Of a stretch of DNA of 64,000 nt, positions 49,886 to 61,100 are shown piece by piece; the first letter of the stretch is position 1, and every line of letters begins with the position of its first letter. Made by a program: the position numbers and the translations under genes. The DNA is from Ignavibacteriae bacterium HGW-Ignavibacteriae-4 (GTDB lineage Bacteria > Bacteroidota > Ignavibacteria > Kapaibacteriales > UBA2268). The notes under the pieces are model-generated. The model was not told the origin of the DNA. It saw only the letters and a list, made by a program, of their open reading frames with translations, and did no database searches. The stretch covers positions 1-64,000 of the forward strand of contig PGYR01000005.1 of assembly GCA_002839765.1 (NCBI GenBank), in the 5' to 3' direction.

Positions 49886-50252
49886 ATTTCTCTTATTTTT
49901 TAGGTTAAGTATGACTTACAATCTAACTAAGACGGAGAAGAATTAAAAATGTGATAATATATTAAAAAAAAGTTCAATTAAATTGTAACCTTTTTGCCAA
50001 CTAATTGTTATTGTATTTAAGAAAGAGATATTGAACACTACTAATGTTACTAATTAGTAGCAAAAATGGTAAACTTTCTAACAAAATGTTATTTTAAAAA
50101 CAGAATAGAAATTATTAATTTAAACTAGATGTAAAGCCTATGTAATTTAATCATTACCCTTTTTAATGAATAGATATTAACGTAGTAATGCCTAATAAGT
50201 CGTATTTGATTTGGGCGTTCTATTATACAAAACTATATATAAGGGGCTTACC

Positions 50253-50825
50253 ATGAAAGCGGCTACACATAAAAGACTTCTAGATTCAACTAGAAAGCTA
50301 ATATGGAAACAGGGTATTAGTAAAACCTCTGTTGACCAAATCTGCGAAGACTCAGGTCTAAGCAAAATGACCTTCTACCGTGCCTACGAGAACAAATATG
50401 ACATAATCAAAGAAATACTTGATGAAAATTATAGTACTATGGCTGTTGATTATGAGCAAATATTCAATAGAAACATACCATTCATAGAAAAGGTTATGGA
50501 GCTTATATATTATATTATGAGTTCTGTAAAGGAAATCAGTCCAGATCTAATTCGTGACATAGTTAAGCAAGACAACCCACACTTGAAAGATTATATGCTA
50601 AGTAAAATCGAATTTCAAAGAGATTTATCCTTGAAGTATATAATAATAGAACAGAAAAAAGGGAATTTCAGAAATGATGTCAAATTAGAGTTCATCTCTT
50701 TTTTCTTAGTACATATAAATGAGTTGGCACTAGAAGAACGATTGAATAATATATATGATTCTACAGATGAACTTGTAAGTCAATTAACAAAAATGTTTTA
50801 TTTTGGTATCTTAAGTCGCAACTAA
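50253..50825 (+). CDS. TetR/AcrR-family transcriptional regulator, paralog 1
   Basis: N-terminal HTH TRKLIWKQGISKTSVDQICEDSGLSKMTFYRAY; start at ATG 50253 (matches paralog 2 start). Confidence 0.75.
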   Translation: MKAATHKRLLDSTRKLIWKQGISKTSVDQICEDSGLSKMTFYRAYENKYDIIKEILDENYSTMAVDYEQIFNRNIPFIEKVMELIYYIMSSVKEISPDLIRDIVKQDNPHLKDYMLSKIEFQRDLSLKYIIIEQKKGNFRNDVKLEFISFFLVHINELALEERLNNIYDSTDELVSQLTKMFYFGILSRN

Positions 50826-50955
50826 GGCTTATCTTCAAACAGAAGGTATATTATTTTTGACTTGGGATATTAATATCCTTATAATTATTGCTCAGCCTGC
50901 AGAGAATAACGGGCTACGCTCTATGTTGTAATTATATACTAATTGTATATTTTGA

Positions 50956-51012
50956 ATCTACTGAATTGGTAAATTGTAAACGTCCGTTTATACCAATCCA
51001 GTAGATTTTTTT
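50956..51012 (+). terminator. Rho-independent terminator after TetR paralog 1
   Basis: atctactgaattggta-N20-taccaatccagtagat (14-15 bp stem) followed by TTTTTTTG. Confidence 0.7.
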
Positions 51013-51401
51013 GTAAATAGCACCCCCAAACTATTCTATTATAAAGGTTAAGCTGTTCTTAGTTGCCCGATTAAGAGAGGATAAATAAAAATAACTTTAA
51101 AAAAAATGTAACAAATTGGAAGTACGTTTGTTATTGTACTTGGGTAAAGTATGCATATACCCCCAATGTTACTAATATCAGAATAAACGTCAAGTTTTTA
51201 TATTGTTGATTATTTTGAAAAATCGAATTTGAATTGTAAATTAACAAATTATGAATTAGAAAATTATAAAAAATAGGAACGCCTACGAGAAGTAATTATT
51301 ACCCTTTTAAAATGAATAAGTGCAAATACAAAGCTTAGTCTGAAATTTATAGTTTCAGATTTTGATATTTTACTTTCTTACAATTATATAAGGGGCATAT
51401 A

Positions 51402-51974
51402 ATGAAAGAAGCGACTCACCAAAAATTGCTAGATGCAACTAGGAAATTGATTTGGAAACAAGGGGTTAACAAAACCACTGTTGATCACATCTGCGATGAG
51501 GCAGGTCTAAGTAAAATGACCTTCTATCGCGCCTACGAAAACAAATTCGACATAATCAAAGAAATACTTGACGAAAACTACAAGGATTTGGAAGAGAACT
51601 ATAAAAAAATCTTTTCCAAAAACATTCCTTTTATAGAAAAAATCATGGAACTAATTTATTACAATATGGAAGCTAATAAAGAAATTAGCCCAGATCTGGT
51701 TCGTGATATTTTAAAGCAAGAAAATCCCATGATGAAAGATTATATGCGGGGTAAAGTAGATTTCTACAGAGAAATTTCTTTGAAGTATATTGTTTTAGAA
51801 CAGAAAAAAGGTAATTTCAGAGATGATGTAAAAATAGAGTTTATCTCTTTTTTCATAGATCATATCAACGAGTTAATACTAGATGAAAGACTAAATAACG
51901 TTTATGAATCTACGGATGAACTTGCTAATCAACTTACGAAAATGTTCTACTTTGGTATATTAAGAAGGAATTAG
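51402..51974 (+). CDS. TetR/AcrR-family transcriptional regulator, paralog 2
   Basis: ~75% identical to paralog 1 over full length. Confidence 0.75.
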   Translation: MKEATHQKLLDATRKLIWKQGVNKTTVDHICDEAGLSKMTFYRAYENKFDIIKEILDENYKDLEENYKKIFSKNIPFIEKIMELIYYNMEANKEISPDLVRDILKQENPMMKDYMRGKVDFYREISLKYIVLEQKKGNFRDDVKIEFISFFIDHINELILDERLNNVYESTDELANQLTKMFYFGILRRN

Positions 51975-52330
51975 GTAACATTAGTTATTTCTAATCTTTT
52001 TGCTTTTGGCAATGAATTAAAAACTAATTCATAAGAATGAGTCACAAGCCCTTCAACAATAGAACTTTCTAATTCATCTACTATTAAAGTATTCCAATGC
52101 TTCTTATTCATGTGATAACCAGGAATAATCACTTCTGGATAGCTCTCCCTGAGTTCAATAGCTCTTTCGGGGTCACATTTTAGGTTTACTCTTGTTGGCA
52201 ACGCCTCCATATTTGTAAGTGCAAATATCTTTCCTCCTACTTTAAAGGCTAATGTTGTTTCATCGAATGGGGTATCCTCTGTAGTGTATGGTTGGGATAG
52301 ACAATATTCTCGGAGTTCTTCTATATTCAT
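51971..52330 (-). CDS. MmcQ/YjbR-family protein
   Basis: 119 aa, MNIEELREYCLSQPYTTEDTPFDE...KIFALTN resembles YjbR family. Confidence 0.5.
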   Translation of the reverse strand: MNIEELREYCLSQPYTTEDTPFDETTLAFKVGGKIFALTNMEALPTRVNLKCDPERAIELRESYPEVIIPGYHMNKKHWNTLIVDELESSIVEGLVTHSYELVFNSLPKAKRLEITNVT

Positions 52331-53002
52331 CTACATATCTATATTATATTTACGATAAAGCTTCATTTCATTCAACTCTAGAGCAACCAAATTGCCTTGC
52401 TTTTCTTTAACTTTAGAATAAACGCATCCACCATCTAGCATAATTAAATCTTCGTTTAGAGATTTTTTGATCTTCTTGAATTTTACGGGTGTATGTCCTA
52501 CTATCAAACGCTTGCCCTTTGTTTTGGTCTTATCTATATGCTGGTTTCTAGTCCATAGCATGGACTTTCTGTCAGTAAGAGGGTCTAAAGCATTGAAATT
52601 AAGTCCACCATGTACAAGTATAAACTCATCTAGCTCTATATAGTATTCCAAATCCTCGAAAAATTTTATATATTTTTTCTTTATTTCCTTTGCTCTGTAA
52701 ACATCGAAACTCCTAAGGCATTCGGAGCCTCCATTCCATAACCATTTATAATGTAGCTTATCATTAAGCATCGAATCTAATAGCATTTTCTCATGATTGC
52801 CCATCAAGCACCTAACATTATATCCATCATTTTTCAATGACATTATATACTTGACTACATTCTTCGAATCGGGGCCTTTACCTACATAGTCACCAAGAAA
52901 ATAGATAATGTCCGTTTTACTCGGGTTTATCTCTTCTTCTATGAGTGCGACCAAAGTCTTATAGCACCCATGTATATCGCCTATTATAAACTGCTTTGGC
53001 AT
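52331..53002 (-). CDS. metallophosphoesterase (PPP-family Ser/Thr phosphatase / ApaH-like)
   Basis: GDIHGC, GDYVGKGPD, GNHE motifs in order. Confidence 0.75.
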   Translation of the reverse strand: MPKQFIIGDIHGCYKTLVALIEEEINPSKTDIIYFLGDYVGKGPDSKNVVKYIMSLKNDGYNVRCLMGNHEKMLLDSMLNDKLHYKWLWNGGSECLRSFDVYRAKEIKKKYIKFFEDLEYYIELDEFILVHGGLNFNALDPLTDRKSMLWTRNQHIDKTKTKGKRLIVGHTPVKFKKIKKSLNEDLIMLDGGCVYSKVKEKQGNLVALELNEMKLYRKYNIDM

Positions 53003-53179
53003 AAATGTATTCTAATAAATTTATATCGCTAACGAAAGTTAAGTTAATACAATTTCTTAATATTTCTAACAAATTAATAATTAAAAGTTGCATTTGTATG
53101 TTTAACGATGTTATAAAGTAATAGTTTTTACTTTATATTTCTTAAATTTGTAGAATTATATAAATCAGATTTTGGCTTA

Positions 53180-54643
53180 ATGAACAAAGAGATATACGAA
53201 AAATACGAACCTGTGATAGGATTAGAGATTCATGCTCAGTTACTGACTGAATCTAAAGCATTTAGCTCCAGCTCTACAAAGTTTGGTGCTTCGCCTAATA
53301 CAAATACAGACCCTGTAACGTTAGCTCATCCGGGTACTCTTCCTGTGCTTAATAGAAAGGTAGTTGATTACGCTATTATGATGGGATTAGCTACTAACTG
53401 CAACATTAGGGAAAGAAACCTTTTTGCGCGTAAGAATTACTTTTATCAAGATTTGCCGAAAGGTTACCAGATATCTCAGGATAATACTCCTATTTGTTAT
53501 GATGGACACCTCGTTATAGAACTTGATGAAGTTAACACAAAGCATATAGGGATTACTCGTATCCACATGGAAGAAGATTCTGGGAAGTCCATTCACGATT
53601 TGGATATAGATACACTAGTGGATTTCAATCGTGCTGGTGTAGCTCTGATAGAGATTGTAACAGAACCAGATATTCGCAGTTCGGCTGAGGCATATTTGTA
53701 TCTAACACAAATAAAACAGATACTTGTATATCTTGGTATTAATACTGGGAATATGGAAGAAGGTGCTCTAAGAGTAGATGCAAATGTATCAGTCAGACCC
53801 AAAGGTAGAGAAAAATTTGGTACAAGAACGGAAGTAAAAAACTTAAATAGCTTTAGAAATGTAGAAAAAGCAATTGATTATGAGATAAAGCGTCAAATCG
53901 AATTAATCGAGCAAGGTGGCGAAGTAAGGCAAGTAACTATGCAGTGGGACGGTAACGCAAACCAAACTAAGGAAATGCGTACTAAAGAAATGTCTCACGA
54001 TTATAGATACTTCCCTGAGCCAGATCTTCCACCACTTATAGTAAAGGAAGATTGGGTAGAGAAAGTCAGAGCTATGATGCCTGAGTTACCTCTAGCAAGA
54101 AAGAATAGATTTATAGAACAGTACGAAATACCAAACTATGACGCTGGGGTTATAGTAGCTGAAAAAGAAATAGCTGATTTTTATGAAGAAGCTATTAGTA
54201 AATTAGAAAATAAGAATGCTGGCAATAATAAGCTAGTCAGTAACTGGGTGATGACAGAGATAATGAGGATGATACAAGATAGGGATACTCAAATAACCGA
54301 TCTGAACGTCAAACCAATTCATATAGCTGAAATCGTAGATTTGGTATCTTCTGGTACTATATCCAATACAATAGCAAAAGATATATTCGCAGATGTTGAG
54401 TTAGGCAAATCACCTAAGGAAATAGTAGAAGAAAAAGGGTTGAAGCAAGTATCTGATACATCATTCATTGATGATTTGGTGAAAGGAGTAATAGAAGCAA
54501 ACCCAGATTCGGTAGAAAAATTCAAGTCTGGAAATGCCAAAGTAAAAGGGTTTTTCGTAGGTCAAGTAATGAAAGAGTCTAAAGGTAAGGCGAATCCACA
54601 AATAGTTTCAGACTTAGTAGATAAATATCTACAAGATGCTTAA
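53180..54643 (+). CDS. gatB: Asp-tRNA(Asn)/Glu-tRNA(Gln) amidotransferase subunit B
   Basis: YEPVIGLEIHAQL N-terminus, full-length GatB collinearity incl. C-terminal YqeY-like domain. Confidence 0.9.
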   Translation: MNKEIYEKYEPVIGLEIHAQLLTESKAFSSSSTKFGASPNTNTDPVTLAHPGTLPVLNRKVVDYAIMMGLATNCNIRERNLFARKNYFYQDLPKGYQISQDNTPICYDGHLVIELDEVNTKHIGITRIHMEEDSGKSIHDLDIDTLVDFNRAGVALIEIVTEPDIRSSAEAYLYLTQIKQILVYLGINTGNMEEGALRVDANVSVRPKGREKFGTRTEVKNLNSFRNVEKAIDYEIKRQIELIEQGGEVRQVTMQWDGNANQTKEMRTKEMSHDYRYFPEPDLPPLIVKEDWVEKVRAMMPELPLARKNRFIEQYEIPNYDAGVIVAEKEIADFYEEAISKLENKNAGNNKLVSNWVMTEIMRMIQDRDTQITDLNVKPIHIAEIVDLVSSGTISNTIAKDIFADVELGKSPKEIVEEKGLKQVSDTSFIDDLVKGVIEANPDSVEKFKSGNAKVKGFFVGQVMKESKGKANPQIVSDLVDKYLQDA

Positions 54644-54684
54644 GTTAAAAAAAATAGATAAAAAAATAATATATAATTTGAAAT

Positions 54685-57069
54685 TTGGAGTTAGTTATGG
54701 CTAAAACGGCAGCTAAAAGCAAAGCAAAATCAACAGATAAAGCAAAGAAAACTAAAAGTGTAGCGAAGACTAATAATAGTACTTCTAAAAGCACAACTAT
54801 TAACAAAGTGACTAAGGCAACTGCACCTAAGAAATCAGCTTCAAAAAAAGTAACTCCTAAAAAGGTAGAGCCAAAGGCAAAAATAGCAGCCGCTAAACCA
54901 ATTGCTACAAAAACTGCTACTAAACCTACAGCAAAGAAAACGATAAGTAAAAAAGCTACTAAAGCTGTAAATACTACAAAGCCAACATCATCTAAAAAAT
55001 TAAAGATGAAATTTGGTGGTAAGGATATAGAAGTAGTATTACACTCAAAATTTGATTTCAAAGGCTACAAGAAAGAGCAAGTAATTGATTGGTACAAATT
55101 GCAGTTATTAGGTCGTAAATTAGACGATAAGGCTGCTCTATATTTGAAGATGGCTAAAGGTTGGTCATACCACGCACCATTTGCTGGTCACGATGGTATT
55201 CAATTAGCACTAGGTCAGATTTTCAGAGCAAGTAAAGATTATTTGTTCCCATACTACCGTGATTTCATGACTTCTCTTTCTGCTGGTATGACTCCGGTTG
55301 AGATTATTCTAAACGGTCTATCTAAAGATACTGACGTAGCTGGTGGCGGTCGTCACATGTCTAATCACTTTGCTAAGCCAGAAATTAATATTCAGAACGT
55401 ATCTTCTTGTACAGGTAACCACTCACAGCATGCTGCTGGACTAGGTAGAGCTATCAAGAAATACAAAGGCGATGAAGTAGTATTCTATTCAGGTGGAGAA
55501 TCAGCTTGTGCAGAAGGTTACTTCTACGAAGCAGTAGCAAGTGCAGATTTTGATAGAGCACCCGTTGTCTTCGTTATACAAAATAATTTGTTTGGTATCT
55601 CAGTTCCACTACAAGAAGTCTCTTCTAATATGGTGGTTTCTGATAATTTCAAAGGATTCCCAAATACTAAGATAATAGAATGTGATGGTAGAGATGCTTT
55701 TGATTCGCATAGAGCTTTGACAGAAGCTGTAAACTATGCTAAAAGTGGTAAAGGCCCAGCTATAGTACACGCCGAATGTGATAGAATTGGTTCTCACTCT
55801 AACTCTGATAAACAAGATAACTATCGTCCAAGTAAAGAAATACAAGACGTAATGGATCGCGATCCTCTTATGCAGTTCAGATATAGACTAATACAAGAGA
55901 AATATCTGACTCAAAAACAGTTAGAAGAAATAGAAGATGGTATAAAGCAGAAAATATTTGATGCTGCCGATGAAGCTGAAGCTGCACCTAATGCAGATGG
56001 TAAGAGTTGGCCAAACTTCATCTTCCCAGAAGCATTCGCTGGACCAGATGCAGATACTGAATACCCACTTAATGCTGATAACGAAACAGTTAACTATATA
56101 GAAGGTATTAATAGAGCTCTAAAAGAGGAGTTTAGAGCAAACCCTAATACGTTCATGTGGGGACAAGATATAGGAAAAGGTGGTGTATTTAACGTAGTTA
56201 AAGGAATGCCTGAAGAATTTGGAAAAGATAGAGTATTCAATGCTCCTATCGCTGAGGATAATATAGTAGGAGCTGCTAATGGATTCTCAAGATATAGAGA
56301 TGACATTAGATTAGTAATAGAAGGAGCCGAGTTTGCGGATTATTTCTGGCCTGCAATGGAGCAATTAATAGAGCTTACTCATGAATATTGGAGAACAAGA
56401 GGACAGTTTAGTCCAAATGTAACTCTAAGATTAGCGAGTGGTGGGTATATCCAAGGTGGATTATACCACTCTCAGAACTTAGAAGCTGTATTTACATCTA
56501 TTCCAGGTATTAGAGTAGTTCAACCAGCATTCGCTGATGATGCTATGGGTCTATTAAGAAATTGTATTCGTTCTAAAGGACCTACAATGTTCTTGGAACC
56601 TAAATACTTATATAACTTCAAAGCCGCTGCTGGACCAGTTAGTGATGAAGATTGGGTAATACCATTTGGAAAAGGTAAAATAAGAAGAGAAGGTACTGAT
56701 ATAACAGTAGCTACTTATGGTACTGGAGTCCACATGAGTTTATTTGCAGCAGAAAAGCTAGCAGAACAAGGCGTATCAGTAGAAGTAATAGATTTGAGAT
56801 CGCTTATACCTTGGGATAAAGACATAATAATTGAATCAGTTAAGAAAACAAATAGATTGGTAGTAGTACACGAAGACACTTTAACTGGTGGATTTGGCGG
56901 AGAGATTGCTTCAACTATAAGTCAAAAAGCATTTAATTATCTAGATGCTCCGGTAATGAGACTTGGTTCTGAAGATTGTCCAGTTGGATTTGCAAAAAGC
57001 TACGAAGATGAAGTTTTAATAAACGTAGATAAAGTAAAAGCTAAAATTGAAGAATGCTTGAACTTTTAG
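54685..57069 (+). CDS. fused alpha-ketoacid dehydrogenase E1 alpha+beta (TPP-dependent) with ~105-aa K/A/T-rich histone-H1-like N-terminal extension
   Basis: Residues ~110-460 E1 alpha (TPP-binding, GDEVVFYSGGESACAEGYFYEA), ~470-794 E1 beta/transketolase C-terminal; N-terminus AKSKAKSTDKAKKTKSVAKT... Confidence 0.75.
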   Translation: MELVMAKTAAKSKAKSTDKAKKTKSVAKTNNSTSKSTTINKVTKATAPKKSASKKVTPKKVEPKAKIAAAKPIATKTATKPTAKKTISKKATKAVNTTKPTSSKKLKMKFGGKDIEVVLHSKFDFKGYKKEQVIDWYKLQLLGRKLDDKAALYLKMAKGWSYHAPFAGHDGIQLALGQIFRASKDYLFPYYRDFMTSLSAGMTPVEIILNGLSKDTDVAGGGRHMSNHFAKPEINIQNVSSCTGNHSQHAAGLGRAIKKYKGDEVVFYSGGESACAEGYFYEAVASADFDRAPVVFVIQNNLFGISVPLQEVSSNMVVSDNFKGFPNTKIIECDGRDAFDSHRALTEAVNYAKSGKGPAIVHAECDRIGSHSNSDKQDNYRPSKEIQDVMDRDPLMQFRYRLIQEKYLTQKQLEEIEDGIKQKIFDAADEAEAAPNADGKSWPNFIFPEAFAGPDADTEYPLNADNETVNYIEGINRALKEEFRANPNTFMWGQDIGKGGVFNVVKGMPEEFGKDRVFNAPIAEDNIVGAANGFSRYRDDIRLVIEGAEFADYFWPAMEQLIELTHEYWRTRGQFSPNVTLRLASGGYIQGGLYHSQNLEAVFTSIPGIRVVQPAFADDAMGLLRNCIRSKGPTMFLEPKYLYNFKAAAGPVSDEDWVIPFGKGKIRREGTDITVATYGTGVHMSLFAAEKLAEQGVSVEVIDLRSLIPWDKDIIIESVKKTNRLVVVHEDTLTGGFGGEIASTISQKAFNYLDAPVMRLGSEDCPVGFAKSYEDEVLINVDKVKAKIEECLNF

Positions 57070-57168
57070 ATAATTGTGTATAACAATGCACCTTATTTGT
57101 GTGGAATTAATCTGACACTGTAATATCAAAATTACACACAGACAAAATAAATCAGAAAAAACATAACA

Positions 57169-57206
57169 CCCGAATATTCATTAATTGGATATTCGGGTTT
57201 GTTGTT
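57169..57206 (+). terminator. Rho-independent terminator after E1 gene
   Basis: cccgaatattc-N9-gatattcggg then TTTGTTGTT. Confidence 0.7.
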
Positions 57207-57309
57207 ATATATTTGTATGCTAGGTACAATAGAAAGTGTGCATAATTATTTAATTATGCTCGTTGTATTTTTATTTTAAATAAGTAATTGAATATAAAAG
57301 GATTATAAA

Positions 57310-58020
57310 ATGTCCCATTCGGAAGAACAAGAAGAATTGCAAATCGGAAGAAAACTTAATGAGCATTTGGTAGATGATGAATCAGCTGCAAAACTCAAAA
57401 AGAACGGAACGATATTCGGAATAATTATTGTAATTGTATTAGCTGCAGTAGGTTACTACTATTACTCAGCTAGTCAAACAGAAAAAGCTACTCAAGAAGC
57501 AGCTATGGCGCTATCAAAGATATTACCAGAATATGATGCTGGTAACTATGCGGTAGCACTAGACGGTGGGAAAACAGCGATAGGTATAGACGCTGTCGGA
57601 TTAGTTGACATAGCTAATAAGTATTCTGGAACTAACGAAGGCAAGTTGGCTGCATTATATGCTGGAAACGCTTATATAAGTTCAAATAAGTATTCGGAAG
57701 CAAGAAATTACTTCGATAAAGCAACAGGTAGTAAGGCCAAAGTTGTGCAATCAGGAGCTTACGCTGGGTTAGCACTTTGCGATGAAGAAGATGGAAAGCT
57801 TGAGAATGCAGGTGATAATTATAAGAAAGCGGCAGAGAATTTAGACGAAGATGTGCTAAAATCTAAATACTTATACTTCGCAGCATTGAACTATGAGCAA
57901 GCTGGCAAAAAAGATAATGCAAAAAATATATATCAATCAGTAGTAGAGTTAAGCGAGAATTCGGAGTTTGGAAATAAATCTAAAGTCCGATTATCAATGC
58001 TTGGCACAAAAATTGATTAA
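57310..58020 (+). CDS. membrane-anchored TPR-like protein (YfgM-like)
   Basis: Acidic N-terminus, single TM IFGIIIVIVLAAVGYYYY, C-terminal Ala/Tyr-rich TPR-like helices. Confidence 0.4.
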   Translation: MSHSEEQEELQIGRKLNEHLVDDESAAKLKKNGTIFGIIIVIVLAAVGYYYYSASQTEKATQEAAMALSKILPEYDAGNYAVALDGGKTAIGIDAVGLVDIANKYSGTNEGKLAALYAGNAYISSNKYSEARNYFDKATGSKAKVVQSGAYAGLALCDEEDGKLENAGDNYKKAAENLDEDVLKSKYLYFAALNYEQAGKKDNAKNIYQSVVELSENSEFGNKSKVRLSMLGTKID

Positions 58021-58116
58021 CATTCAATTGCGAAATAGCATTTGAATTAAACTAAACACTATAATAATGAAACTAAAAGTTAATTTTTTAATAATAATTT
58101 GTTTATTGGAGGTATT

Positions 58117-61100
58117 ATGCAACGATTAATTCGTCTTTGCGTACTCGTGGCCTTCGCATTTATCCTGTCTTCAAGTTCAGGATATGCGCAGAAGACCGTA
58201 AAAATATCCGGAAGGATAGCTCCAGGTGAAGTAAGAGTCTTTGTAAAGGATTCCATTTATACTGTCGAAAGAGAGTATGTGGTTGGTGGTACATTGATTA
58301 TTGAGCCTGGTACAACTGTCTATTTTCACCCTAACGGGAGACTAATAGATTCAACTGGTGGTAGAATCATCGCAGATGGTTTTGCAGAAGCTACTTATAC
58401 AGCTGCTCCACATGGTATTGATCCATTGGGTATAGCTGGCAGTCCTCAAAACCCGTTCAGTTGGACTGGTTATGCGGATGTAAGATATTTCTTATTTGAT
58501 GGAAATAATTCTCCATCTCCTGATGTACATCGTACTATCGATGTTAAAACAGTAAGAGATAAATCAGTACATCCGAATAAGTATAACTACTTATTCAATG
58601 TTGTATTAAATAGATCAACTCGTCAAATTACAGAGTTGAATCCATTAAATGCTGCTTCAGTTATATCTGATCCTAATACGGATATTATAACATTTGAAGA
58701 AGCGATTATGTTTGTAGCTGGTAGATTAAACCAAGATCCTAATAATGACGTTAACTTAAATGTTAAGCCATGGTCTAGAATTGGTGGCAGATCTGTAAAT
58801 GTTATTCAAGACAAAATTAGATTTGTTGGTCAACCAATAAATAATGTATCTGTAGAATGGGGACATATTATTGTTCTTCCTGGTGCTAGATCAGCTTTCT
58901 TCAGAAATGCTACTTTCGAAAACTTCAAGAAAGATACTACTGTTGATAGTGATCCACTATATAATCAAAGTGGTGCTAATTCAGCTTGGGCTGCAGTTAA
59001 TAAGAAAATTAACATGTTGACTAACGGTAGTGGTGGTGCAATTACAACTTTCTCTTCTAGAACTTGGTTATTGAATGTAGAATTCAGTGGCAACACTTCT
59101 AGATTTAAAGGTGGTGCATTACAATTACTACAAGCTCCTTCTGAAATTCCTACTACTATAGATAGAACTCAGATTAATGCTATGGTTGGAACTTATGCTT
59201 CTAACAAGAATCCAAATATTACTGACAGAGATGGTAACCCATCAACTGTAATAGTACAAAATCCAATTCCTGCAATTGACTTAATCGACGAAGCTGGTGC
59301 TGAGCCGTTGAGCGACTATGCAAGAATGGGACATGATGATGGTCGTTTAGCTCTTTACTTAGGTAGAATGAGAAACTTGACTTTCACTAATAACAAAGTT
59401 CAATTAGCTAATTACGGTCAAACTACTGTAGGTACTCCTCCAGTTAAGATTGTATCTGATTTATTGAACGAACCTGCTATGTACCCACAAGTTTATGGAA
59501 ACACTGCTTTTGGTGGTGCTGTATATATGTCTGGTACTGAAGGACAAGAAAATAGAAAAATTGATGTAGGTTTTGGTATAAACAATAGTATCATGATAAA
59601 TGGTACTGAGGTTGATTTCAATACACCTGATACATTTACAGCTAATGGAAACGAAGCAAATAACTACCAAGCTAATGGTAGTTCTTCTGGATCTCGTGGT
59701 GGTGCAATCTACGCTGGTAGATATACTTCATTACAAGTAGCTGGTCACTTTGAAGGTAATAAAACTGCTGCAAAATACTTAACTGATGAAACAGTTGGTT
59801 CAGTAGCTGGTTTATACTCAATGGGTGGTGCTATATATGTAGAAAACTCTTTAAACAGACTATTTGTAAAAGGTGGTCCTGCTAGAGAAAGTGAAGGAAA
59901 TGCAACTAGATTTGAAGGTAATACTTCAGGTGCTGGTGGTGCTATCTATGTAGATGGTAACTCTAACCCAGTACTAACTACTATAATAGGTGGTTCTGAT
60001 GCATTATTGAAAACAAGAGATTATGGTTATGATATTCAGTTCAATAATAACTCAGCTATTTCTTGGGGTGGTGCAATCTACTCTAAGAGACAAGGTTCTA
60101 TAACTGGTGCTGGTGGTATTAATGTAAATGAATTAATCGGTTATGGTGGAAAATTCCCTATCAGATTTGAAGGCAATACTGCTGGATATGCTGGTGGAGC
60201 GGTTCACTTCCAAATACCAATCGCTGACAATCCTCCTTACTTCCAAAGAGCAGTACAATTATCTAGAGCATTGTTCTTGAACAATACAGTAGGTATGAAT
60301 GTAGCTGACAAAAATCTTGGTCAATTAAGAGGTGGTGGAGCAATCTATTCAGCTGGTGGAGATCTTAACTTAGTTAAAGGTGTTGAATTCAATGGTAATA
60401 CTGTTTACAATGGTAACGGTGGTGCTGTTTCAATGGTTGAACCTTTTAACTTAAACAGAAGATACTTTGCATCTGATGCTGATTATATTTCTTATGATTC
60501 AAAAGATGTTGCAGTTGGCATGTCTTCAAGAGATGACGTATTCACTTATGGTGCAGTAAGTTTCCCTCCTGACTCAAGAATGTTAACACAATTTAAAGGT
60601 AACCAAGCAATTTCGGAAGAAAGAGCTGCTGGAGAAATGGGTTCTGGTTCTACACAATTCGCTGAAGGCGTATTTAGATCAAGAAGTCCTTTACTAGCAA
60701 CTTACTTTACTACTGCTCAAACAGGTTATGCTGTTGGGTTATTTGGTACTATCATTAAATTTAAAAATGGTGGCGATACTTGGGAATACCCAACTTCAAA
60801 CACTAATCACAGATTAACTGACGTTGAATTCGTTAACGCAAACACTGGTTATATCGTTGGTGCTCAAGGTATCATGAAAAAAACTACAGATGCGGGTAGC
60901 ACTTGGTTCAATATCAATACTAACACTTTAAATCAATTCAATGACTTCTATTCTATTGGTCAAAATGATTTATATGCTGTTACTAACAACGGTTTAATAT
61001 ACGAATCACATGATGCAGGTGCAACATGGAATACAATGCAACCACAACAACAAAACCTTAATGGTGTTTATTATGGTAGCTTGAATTCAGGTTTCGTAGT

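Noticed and set aside
54645-55061. 138-aa minus-strand ORF, very hydrophobic (Leu/Val/Phe/Ala-rich)
   Set aside because: Exactly antisense to the Lys/Ala-rich codons (AAA/GCT...) of the E1 N-terminal tail; a composition artefact with no independent start context.
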